A DNA stretch of 36,406 bases from Christensenellales bacterium (GTDB lineage: Bacteria > Bacillota > Clostridia > Christensenellales > SZUA-584): positions 1-36,406 of the forward strand of contig JBMNOT010000001.1 of the NCBI GenBank assembly GCA_050943225.1, written 5' to 3'. Positions 18,914 through 25,627 of this stretch are shown one piece after another. The position numbers and the translations under genes are program-made. The stretch's first letter is position 1, and each line of letters begins with the position of its first letter. Below the pieces are notes generated by a model. That model ran no database searches. It was not told where the DNA came from and saw nothing but the letters and a program-made list of their open reading frames with translations.

Positions 18914-18987
18914 ATTATTCCTCCGTAAAATTTCGGGCCCGCCGATACACACCTGCCAACTGGGGTGGTTTTCCATGATTTAAACTA

Positions 18988-19016
18988 ATTATATTAGAAA
19001 ATCATGGCGTGCACAA
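18988..19016 (-). promoter_or_regulatory. Putative sigma-A promoter for the hutP-like-cmk-plsC-ispH/rpsA operon
   Basis: The minus strand reads TTGTGC-17 nt-TATAAT, about 75 nt upstream of ATG 18913. Confidence 0.5.
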
Positions 19017-19088
19017 TAAGAATCTCAGCCCGGGCGCAAGCCCCTCTATGATGCCGTGCAATAGATGGATTTGGCAGCGGCCAAACGT

Positions 19089-19367
19089 TTAGCTTAAGCC
19101 GCACTGCTTGTCCGCCTTCCCTGCTTTCCACTCAGCGATAAGCGCAATCTTCTCGGCACGGGTTAGCTTTTTCAGCGTACACTCGCGGCGCATGGCCTCG
19201 CTTTTTGATACCAGGCTCTCAGTATATACCAGACGCGCGGGCAGCCGGCTCCGCACATACTTGCTGCCTTTGCCGGCGTTATGCTGCGCAAGCCGTTTGC
19301 CAATCTCTTTCGTCCAGCCGGTATACAGGCTGCCGTCCGCACATTCCAGCATATACACCCAGTACAT
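19089..19367 (-). CDS. GIY-YIG nuclease superfamily protein (UPF0213/YhbQ-like)
   Basis: 92 aa. MYWVYMLECADGSLYTGWTKEIGKRLAQHNAGKGSKYVRSR...ECTLKKLTRAEK aligns with E. coli YhbQ. It starts 3 nt after the degV stop. Confidence 0.85.
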   Translation of the reverse strand: MYWVYMLECADGSLYTGWTKEIGKRLAQHNAGKGSKYVRSRLPARLVYTESLVSKSEAMRRECTLKKLTRAEKIALIAEWKAGKADKQCGLS

Positions 19368-19370
19368 GTC

Positions 19371-20213
19371 TTATTTATAAATGAAGAGTATGCCGATAGT
19401 GCCCGGCCCGCAATGCGTCGATATGGTGGCAGACGCATTGGTGACCATCACGTTCTCAAATCCGAAATCCTTCTCCAGGCGGGCATTGACGTTCTCCGCC
19501 TCATCGCTCAGGCAATGCGTCACAAACACCCTTTTCGGGTCCACGTCCGCGGCGCGCTCCATCACCTGTTCATAATATTTGTCCACAAAACGGGAGCCGC
19601 GGAACTTCTGCGTGGGCACGATATACCCATCGATCAGTTCCAGTTTGGGCTTGATTTGCAGCCGGCTACCCACGATGGACGCCAGCTTCGAGCAGCGCCC
19701 GCCCATGTAGAGATATTTCAGCGTGTCCACCACAAAGCTCGCCTGCACCTTGCCGCGGATGCTTTCCGCATGTCTGGTGATCTCCGTAAGGCTAGCGCCT
19801 GCCAGTGCCATATCCGACGCTTCCAGCACCTGCAGGCCCACGCCGGTGGACAGGCTCAATGAATCGACAATCGAAATACGCTCACCTGCCCCGATGTTGT
19901 TCGCCGCAGTTACCGCGTTCTGCATTGTGCTGGACAGACGGCTGCTGATGCCCAGAAAGAATATATCATAGTCTTCGTCCAGCAGACGGCGGAAAATCGT
20001 CTCAAATTCAAAGGCATTGATCGCCGCAGATTTAGGAAGAACGCCGGTGCTGTCAGCAAAACGGAACAGTTCGCGGCTATCCAAAGTTCCATCGTCCAGA
20101 TACGATTGCTCTCCCAGAATGACATGCATGGGCACCAGCGTGATTTCGCGCTGCGCCAGCATGTCAAACGGCAGATCACAAGTGCTGTCTGTCACGATTT
20201 TTACTTTTCGCAT
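19371..20213 (-). CDS. DegV family fatty-acid-binding protein
   Basis: 280 aa. KIVTDSTCDLP is the typical DegV N-terminus, and the length and body fit. AGGAG lies 7 nt upstream of the ATG. Confidence 0.9.
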   Translation of the reverse strand: MRKVKIVTDSTCDLPFDMLAQREITLVPMHVILGEQSYLDDGTLDSRELFRFADSTGVLPKSAAINAFEFETIFRRLLDEDYDIFFLGISSRLSSTMQNAVTAANNIGAGERISIVDSLSLSTGVGLQVLEASDMALAGASLTEITRHAESIRGKVQASFVVDTLKYLYMGGRCSKLASIVGSRLQIKPKLELIDGYIVPTQKFRGSRFVDKYYEQVMERAADVDPKRVFVTHCLSDEAENVNARLEKDFGFENVMVTNASATISTHCGPGTIGILFIYK

Positions 20214-20396
20214 AGTATTGCTCCTGAAAAACTTATAATATATTTAGTAGGCCGAACCATTATGCACAGAATTATACCATCTGTCAGCCGGAATTGTCCA
20301 TATACAAGCCATAAAGCGAATTTTCCCGTGCTTTTTCGAGCCTCGCTAATGCATCAGTGTTGTTAAAAGCCAGCCGGACATATATTTCGGCACGCC

Positions 20397-20425
20397 TTGT
20401 CCCCTTCCAGACATTGGTGTATAAT
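20397..20425 (+). promoter_or_regulatory. Putative sigma-A promoter for nadD-yqeK-rsfS (possibly producing a leaderless mRNA)
   Basis: It reads TTGTCC-17 nt-TATAAT. The nadD ATG (20432) begins 7 nt after the -10 hexamer, and no SD lies between them. Confidence 0.45.
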
Positions 20426-20431
20426 GAGCAC

Positions 20432-21106
20432 ATGAGCGACTACCTGCAGGATTATGAATTTTCCAGCCTGGAGTCCAAATGCATCGCCTCCCGGCAAAAT
20501 CGGGTGGGGCTGCTTGGCGGCACGTTCAATCCCATCCATTTCGGACATATCAGCATGGCGACTATCGCGCTTTACGAATTTTTGCTGGGCGAAGTTATTT
20601 TTTTACCTTTGGGGATGCCGCCGCACAAGCGCGGCGAATTTATTGCGTCTGCGCAGCAAAGGCTTGATATGGTCCGCCTGGCTATCGCCGGTGAGAGCAG
20701 ATTCTCTTTAAGCACGATTGAGACGAGAAGAAGCGGTTATACTTATACCATAGATACGCTGGAGATGCTTTCGCGTGCCCGCAGGAATACGGATTTTTAT
20801 TATATTATCGGGGCGGACACGCTGCTGGAGCTGACGACATGGAGGAATTATGAGCGCGTGTTTTTGCTGACGGATTTCATCTGCATTATGCGACCCGGGT
20901 TGGATGAAATTAAAGTCAGGCAGTGCGCCGACAGCCTGAATCACAGGTTCGGACACAAGATCCATTTTGCCAGCGAACACGGGCCCAACATATCCTCCAC
21001 CCAAATCCGGATGATTGCGGCGCAGGGCGGCTCCTTAGCAGGGCTGGTTCCCGACCCGGTGGTCCGGTATATTGAAGAACACGGTATTTATCGCACAGAG
21101 GTATAA
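20432..21106 (+). CDS. nadD: Nicotinate-nucleotide adenylyltransferase
   Basis: The motif GGTFNPIHFGH and the ISST-type motif (NISSTQIR) are present. Start set to the first ATG in the ORF (MSDYLQ...). The track ORF begins at a non-ATG codon 25 codons upstream, inside the promoter. Confidence 0.9.
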   Translation: MSDYLQDYEFSSLESKCIASRQNRVGLLGGTFNPIHFGHISMATIALYEFLLGEVIFLPLGMPPHKRGEFIASAQQRLDMVRLAIAGESRFSLSTIETRRSGYTYTIDTLEMLSRARRNTDFYYIIGADTLLELTTWRNYERVFLLTDFICIMRPGLDEIKVRQCADSLNHRFGHKIHFASEHGPNISSTQIRMIAAQGGSLAGLVPDPVVRYIEEHGIYRTEV

Positions 21107-21690
21107 TGACGGACGTACTTACAAATATTGAACAATATCTTCACGAACATCTGGACGACAGCCGGCTCCAGCATTCCAGGAACACCGCTAAGGTCGCCGT
21201 GGAATTGGCCAGGAAGTATGGCGCCGACGAACACAAGGCGCTGGTAGCCGGCCTGCTGCACGACGTGGCCAAAGGAGTTTGCCAGAATGGCATGCTGAAT
21301 GTGGCGGAGCAATACCATGTGGATGCCGACGAGGTGGAAAAAGCGAACCCTGAACTGTTGCACGGCAAGCTGGGTGCAGCCATGGTCAAAACCGACCTTG
21401 GCATCAGCGACGACGAAATACTGTCCGCCATACGCTGGCACACCACAGGCCGCGCCAACATGTCCCTGCTTGAAAAGATCATCTACCTCGCCGACCTTAT
21501 TGAACCGAGCCGGGAGTTTGCAGACATCGACGAGATACGCAAGCTTGCATACCAGGACATCGATGAAGCGATGTTCGTCGCCTTAAAGCAGGTGATGGAT
21601 TTTGTTATGGGCAGGGGTTTTACGCTGCACCCAAGCAGCGTGGAAGCTTATCAATATATCCAGAATACAAGGAGGAACAGAAAAGCTTGA
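21106..21690 (+). CDS. yqeK: HD-domain protein YqeK (bis(5'-nucleosyl)-tetraphosphatase family)
   Basis: 194 aa. The HD residues are present (HSRNTA..., LLHDVAK, RWHTTG). Its position between nadD and rsfS is conserved. The start overlaps the nadD stop (TAATG). Confidence 0.85.
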   Translation: MTDVLTNIEQYLHEHLDDSRLQHSRNTAKVAVELARKYGADEHKALVAGLLHDVAKGVCQNGMLNVAEQYHVDADEVEKANPELLHGKLGAAMVKTDLGISDDEILSAIRWHTTGRANMSLLEKIIYLADLIEPSREFADIDEIRKLAYQDIDEAMFVALKQVMDFVMGRGFTLHPSSVEAYQYIQNTRRNRKA

Positions 21691-22067
21691 ATATTGGTTT
21701 TGACGATGACGTGATGAGCGCGGCCAAACAGCTATTCGCAAAGAAAGCGGAGGACGTGTATGTCATCAATGTATCGCATCTGACCATTGTGGCTGATTAC
21801 TTCATATTGGCCAGCGGCAGGTCGGATGTGCACGTCAAATCGCTCTGCGACGAGATCAGCAAGTATATGCATGATAAGGGGTACAGGCTGCTTCGCATGG
21901 AAGGGTATCGCGAAGGCCGCTGGATCGTGATCGACTACGGTGATATACTGGTTCATATCTTCCACAAGTGCGAACGAGAGTTTTACGGCCTGGAGCGGCT
22001 GTGGGTTGACGGAAACAACTACCGTATGATCACGGATGCCGATATGGAAGCCGGCGCAGCCCAGTAA
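21687..22067 (+). CDS. rsfS: Ribosome silencing factor RsfS
   Basis: ADYFILASGRSDVHVKSL...MEGYREGRWIVIDYGDILVHIFH...YGLERLW is the RsfS signature. The start is TTG 21687, overlapping the yqeK stop, with AAGGAGG 11 nt upstream. ATG 21714 is an alternative. Confidence 0.9.
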   Translation: MNIGFDDDVMSAAKQLFAKKAEDVYVINVSHLTIVADYFILASGRSDVHVKSLCDEISKYMHDKGYRLLRMEGYREGRWIVIDYGDILVHIFHKCEREFYGLERLWVDGNNYRMITDADMEAGAAQ

Positions 22068-22100
22068 TCGAACCGGCAGCCGGCAGAACATAACGCTTTC

Positions 22101-22135
22101 GTAAAATATAAAGGGGTGCTTATGAGCCGCACCCC
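22101..22135 (-). terminator. Candidate rho-independent terminator (minus-strand orientation) in the convergent gap
   Basis: The hairpin GGGGTGC-9 nt-GCACCCC (22113-22135) is followed on the minus strand by UUUAUAUUUUAC. It may terminate the NlpC/P60 transcript. Confidence 0.45.
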
Positions 22136-22155
22136 ATGATGTCAATAAAACATAT

Positions 22156-22182
22156 ATACCTGATATAAGGCAGGTATTTTTC
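22156..22182 (+). terminator. Candidate rho-independent terminator for nadD-yqeK-rsfS
   Basis: The hairpin ATACCTG-8 nt-CAGGTAT is followed by TTTTTC on the plus strand, about 90 nt after the rsfS stop. Confidence 0.5.
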
Positions 22183-22269
22183 TAATTAATTTTATGGCGC
22201 TGGTTTTCAAGCAGTATGCCGCAGTCCTTTCCTGCAGCCGCTGGATATTGCTTTTTTTATATTTCCCGG

Positions 22270-23724
22270 TCAAAACACGCACCGGCCGCAGATAAACGTC
22301 TTTTTCCAATAACTTGAGCTAAAAATGTTTTTGGCTATTCGGATTCCCCCAAAGCTGGAGGAAGCGTCAATCATATTCCCGTCGCCCATATAGATGCCCA
22401 CATGGCCCTTGAAGCATATGATATCCCCCTTCTTAAGGTCGGACATGCTGGTGACTTCGGGCAGGTTGCTTTTAGCCCATCCGGCGGACGTCATATATTT
22501 AATCTTGTACCCCACCTGGTTCAGGCAGTAATATACGAACCCGGAGCAATCGAAACCCTCGGGGCTTTTGCCGCCGCGGACGTATTTTGTGCCCAGAAAG
22601 TTTTTGGCGTATTCCACCAGCGCATCGGCTGAGGCCGTATCCGGAGGAGGAGGCGGCAGCTTTTCTTCCGCCTTGGTGTCGGGTTTGTTGTCGTTCTGGT
22701 CCGTTTTGGCGTCAGTGCTGCTATTCGTCCTAGAGCCGGTCTTGCTGTCCTTATTATCAGTAGTTTTGGCAGCCTTTTTGGTGCTGTCCGAAACGGTTTT
22801 GGCGGGCTTGGCGTCGTTCGAATAGAGCGCTTCCAGCGTCTGGCTGCCCACACAGCCGTCGACGGCCAGCCCGTTGCGCTGCTGGAAGCTTTTCACCGCT
22901 GCTTCGGTGTCCGTACCGAAATAGCCGGTGCTGCCGCTCTTGAGGTATTTCAGCTCGATAAGCTGCTCCTGTATGCTCTTCACATCAGTGCCGCGGTCTC
23001 CCAGCTTCACGGTGTACGGCTGAGCCTCGTCAGAAAACAGGGCCGCCATCGTCTTCTCGCCCAGCAGGCCGTCCACCTGCAGCGCATGTTTTCGCTGGAA
23101 CAGCTGCAGGGCATACTCAGTGCCGTACCCGTAATACGTGGTGGGCTCGTCCTTCTCCATGTAACCCAGCTCCATCAGGCGCAGCTGAACCTCAGCGATG
23201 CGCGGGTCTTCACCGCCCGGCATGAGTACCTGTGGCTCGGGCGCTGTGGTGGGAACGGGCGATTCCTCAGGCGTTTCGGTCGGCGTATCGTCTGCTGGTG
23301 AATTGAGCACAGGCTCCGCGCCGGCTTCCGGAACCGGAGACGGGCTGGGTGAAGCTGACGGCAAAGCTTCAGCAGAAGGGGCGCGCATGGATAAAATGGC
23401 TGTGCCCTGCTGAGCAGGAAGCAAAGCCGCGCGCAGATGAGCCTGCGCCTGAACTGTTGAAAAAGGCAGCGCCAGCACAAGCATGACCGCTAAAACGATG
23501 GCAGCCGCGCCTGCAGCGATGACGGCTGTTCTGTTTTTCCATACGGGATTCTTATGTCGGGCTGCGCGGCTTTCACTGGCCAGCTTCACATCGCAACGGC
23601 TTCGCTTTCCCGGCCGCGCGCTTGTTAATGCGGTATGCAGGCGTTTGCCCGGCCTTTCTCTTTTCATCAGGCCATGCAGGCCTTTGATCACAGACTGCAA
23701 TACCGCTTTACAATATCTCTTCAT
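22270..23724 (-). CDS. Membrane-anchored cell-wall hydrolase: 2x peptidoglycan-binding (PG_binding_1) repeats + C-terminal NlpC/P60 endopeptidase
   Basis: 484 aa. A basic N-terminal tail is followed by a TM helix (AVIAAGAAAIVLAVMLVLALPF) and Pro/Ala/Ser linkers. Two LQxxLxxLGY...VDGxxGxxT repeats come next, then a Lys/Thr/Asp-rich low-complexity stretch. The NlpC/P60 core follows (FDCSGFVYYC ... GHVGIYMGDG). Confidence 0.85.
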   Translation of the reverse strand: MKRYCKAVLQSVIKGLHGLMKRERPGKRLHTALTSARPGKRSRCDVKLASESRAARHKNPVWKNRTAVIAAGAAAIVLAVMLVLALPFSTVQAQAHLRAALLPAQQGTAILSMRAPSAEALPSASPSPSPVPEAGAEPVLNSPADDTPTETPEESPVPTTAPEPQVLMPGGEDPRIAEVQLRLMELGYMEKDEPTTYYGYGTEYALQLFQRKHALQVDGLLGEKTMAALFSDEAQPYTVKLGDRGTDVKSIQEQLIELKYLKSGSTGYFGTDTEAAVKSFQQRNGLAVDGCVGSQTLEALYSNDAKPAKTVSDSTKKAAKTTDNKDSKTGSRTNSSTDAKTDQNDNKPDTKAEEKLPPPPPDTASADALVEYAKNFLGTKYVRGGKSPEGFDCSGFVYYCLNQVGYKIKYMTSAGWAKSNLPEVTSMSDLKKGDIICFKGHVGIYMGDGNMIDASSSFGGIRIAKNIFSSSYWKKTFICGRCVF

Positions 23725-23818
23725 CAGTACCCCTTTAAAATTCGTAATACATACGTAACATTTTTGTAACTTTTATTATACACTGATGAGAGGATAATGC
23801 AAGTCTTTTATGATTTCA

Positions 23819-24484
23819 TTAATGTTCCAGCCGGTATTTCTCCATCAACTGCTTGAATATCTCTGCAGATGTGGGCGGCGTGTAGGTGATGGCGTTGGCT
23901 CCGGCCTCTATCGTGCTGCGAATGGATTCCGGCGTAGGCCCTCCCGTCGCGATGATGGGTACCTCCGGATAGCGTTTGCGGATGCTGCGGATAATATCCG
24001 GCGTTTTGGAAGCGCCCGAAACGTTAAGTATGTTAGCGCCCGCCTTCAGCCGCGCTTCGATGTCCGTTCCCTCGGATACCATCGTTACCACGATGGGGAT
24101 ATCGATGCGATCCCGCACCATGCGGATAACCTCGTTGGTCGTGGGCGCGTTGACCACCACGCCGATTGCGCCCTGGTTCTCCGCATCCATCGCGAGGCTG
24201 ACCACGCGCTTGCCCGTGGTGGTACCTCCTCCCACCCCGCAGAATACAGGGATATCCGAAACGGTGATAATTGCATGGGTAATAGCAGGCTGCGGCGTAA
24301 ACGGGTATACGGCGATCACCGCGTTGGCATTGCAATTTTTGATAAGCGCTACATCAGTGGTGAATATGAGCGATTTGATCAGCTTGCCGAATATGCGGAT
24401 GCCGCTGACCTCATTAATGATTTCCGGCAAGCGCACCATGTGCTTGCGAAGGTTTCCATGGATCTCCGGTACAAAAACGCTCAT
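23819..24484 (-). CDS. Conserved clostridial protein of unknown function, probable (beta/alpha) TIM-barrel fold (often annotated only as hydrolase)
   Basis: 221 aa. Alternating hydrophobic beta-strand and helix periodicity is seen, with Gly-rich phosphate-binding-like loops (FCGVGGGTTTGK, IIATGGPT). Start set to ATG 24484, with GGAGG 7 nt upstream. An extended -10 (TGGTAGAAT) lies at about 24539-24547. Confidence 0.55.
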   Translation of the reverse strand: MSVFVPEIHGNLRKHMVRLPEIINEVSGIRIFGKLIKSLIFTTDVALIKNCNANAVIAVYPFTPQPAITHAIITVSDIPVFCGVGGGTTTGKRVVSLAMDAENQGAIGVVVNAPTTNEVIRMVRDRIDIPIVVTMVSEGTDIEARLKAGANILNVSGASKTPDIIRSIRKRYPEVPIIATGGPTPESIRSTIEAGANAITYTPPTSAEIFKQLMEKYRLEH

Positions 24485-24674
24485 GGCCAATCCTCCTGAA
24501 ATAATAGGATAGAGCCCCAATCATAGGGATTGATGATATTCTACCAGCAAAATGGTTCTTCAAAAAGGATGCAACACTGGATATTCTTTAGACGATTCTT
24601 CAGGGAAAGAAGTTCCTGCGCGCAGCCGGAATCATCATGCAAACGGTTGAGATGCGGCGTGATGAACCGTGGTT

Positions 24675-24938
24675 CTACTCATACCGGTCAGGCGATGCCC
24701 CGGAAGATACGATATCAAACAGCGCCTCAAGCTCAGCCCGAAAAACGCCGTCGGATTGGCTCTCCTTCTGCGTCAGAGTCTCCAGTACATCGAAGCGGAA
24801 GCTTTGTCCGCCCAGCTTGGCCCAGTCGTCCTGCATCTGCGCAAATTTAAAGCGGTTCCGGCTGCCCTTAAGGTCCGTCGTGATGCTGAGAATTCTTTTA
24901 CCGGTTACGATATTGGTGATTGCATAGACACCGCCCAC
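24675..24938 (-). CDS. Small GIY-YIG-like domain protein; the 5' end appears disrupted (possible pseudogene or GTG-initiated truncated form)
   Basis: GGVYAITNIVTGKRILSITTDLKGSRNRFKF...SFRFDVLETL resembles the small (~110 aa) Firmicute GIY-YIG-like family. The expected N-terminus (MDKQRKKQLLQSYK...) is encoded from ATG 24991 in a different frame. See findings. Confidence 0.55.
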   Translation of the reverse strand: MGGVYAITNIVTGKRILSITTDLKGSRNRFKFAQMQDDWAKLGGQSFRFDVLETLTQKESQSDGVFRAELEALFDIVSSGASPDRYE

Positions 24939-24990
24939 CGAAGGTTGAGCTTATAGCTTTGCAGAAGCTGCTTTTTTCTTTGTTTATCCA

Positions 24991-25470
24991 TCAATACCCC
25001 AGATCCTTCAGCACGCGTGACAATACGGCAAGCCGCTCACCGATCAGTTCGTCGTTTTTTGACAAAACGTCCGCGAACAGACGAATATCCTCATCGATCA
25101 TGGGGTTGTCCGTACACACGGCTATTGTCATCGCGTCGCCCTGCAGGCCCACCCGGTCCAGCACCGGCTGAGCCGGGTCATATAGCTTTTCGTAGCGGTA
25201 CGCCTCGCGGAAATGCTTCAGCGCCCGGCAGACAAATATCGCCAAATCCAACACGCGGTGCAGCGGCAGCTCTTCCGACTGCCGGGACCATTTTTCTCCG
25301 GTATGACGCCATACCTTGGCGGAAACATCCAGCTTCCCGCGGTCGTTCCATTGCGCCAGCCCCACCGAGAGCCCCTTGGCGTCGGATTCATATGCAATCC
25401 GCCCGTCCACATTCGCGTAATCTTCGGCCACGATGACCGGTTTGTGTTTCAATGTTGTTGGAATCTTCAT
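24991..25470 (-). CDS. Hypothetical protein (conserved domain of unknown function)
   Basis: 159 aa with no TM segment or signal peptide. GGAG lies 7 nt upstream of ATG 25470. The distinctive segment is VWRHTGEKWSRQSEELPLHRVLDLAIF. I cannot assign a function. Confidence 0.6.
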   Translation of the reverse strand: MKIPTTLKHKPVIVAEDYANVDGRIAYESDAKGLSVGLAQWNDRGKLDVSAKVWRHTGEKWSRQSEELPLHRVLDLAIFVCRALKHFREAYRYEKLYDPAQPVLDRVGLQGDAMTIAVCTDNPMIDEDIRLFADVLSKNDELIGERLAVLSRVLKDLGY

Positions 25471-25485
25471 CCTTCACTCCATTAG

Positions 25486-25515
25486 TTGTTTATTAATTTA
25501 CTTATATCATAATAT
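25486..25515 (+). promoter_or_regulatory. Putative sigma-A promoter for the DUF1538-PII operon
   Basis: TTGTTT is followed at 16-18 nt by overlapping -10 candidates CATAAT/ATAATA/TAATAT. This would give a leader of about 110 nt. It overlaps the divergent promoter on the other strand. Confidence 0.3.
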
Positions 25516-25529
25516 CAGCCCGGCGTCAA
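25501..25529 (-). promoter_or_regulatory. Putative sigma-A promoter (extended -10) for the 159-aa / GIY-YIG-like pair
   Basis: The minus strand reads TTGACG-17 nt-TATAAG, and the last 3 nt of the spacer (TGA) give an extended -10. It ends about 30 nt upstream of ATG 25470. Confidence 0.45.
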
Positions 25530-25627
25530 GGCCTACGGTTGTCTGAGAGGTTTTACTGTGGTAAGATAAAAAAGGCTGACGTAACGGTCCTTGTTTCTTA
25601 TATCTTATTTTCTGCAGGGGGTTTGTA

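Noticed and set aside
18914-18976. An N-terminal extension (MENHPSWQVCIGGPEILRRNN) of the HutP-like ORF.
   Set aside because: There is no SD before ATG 18976, whereas GGAGG precedes ATG 18913 at ideal spacing. The extension is also not part of the HutP fold.
23810-24499. A 229-aa plus-strand ORF opposite the TIM-barrel-like gene.
   Set aside because: Its composition is Arg/His/Asp-rich and shadow-like, and it has no SD. The minus-strand frame has a strong SD and regular fold periodicity.
25530-25627. A possible riboswitch in the DUF1538 leader, including a check for c-di-AMP/ydaO-like features.
   Set aside because: I found only short, imperfect complementarities (for example CAGCC...GGCTG) and no conserved core motif of any riboswitch class I can recall. 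It is kept only as an unexplained leader in the findings.
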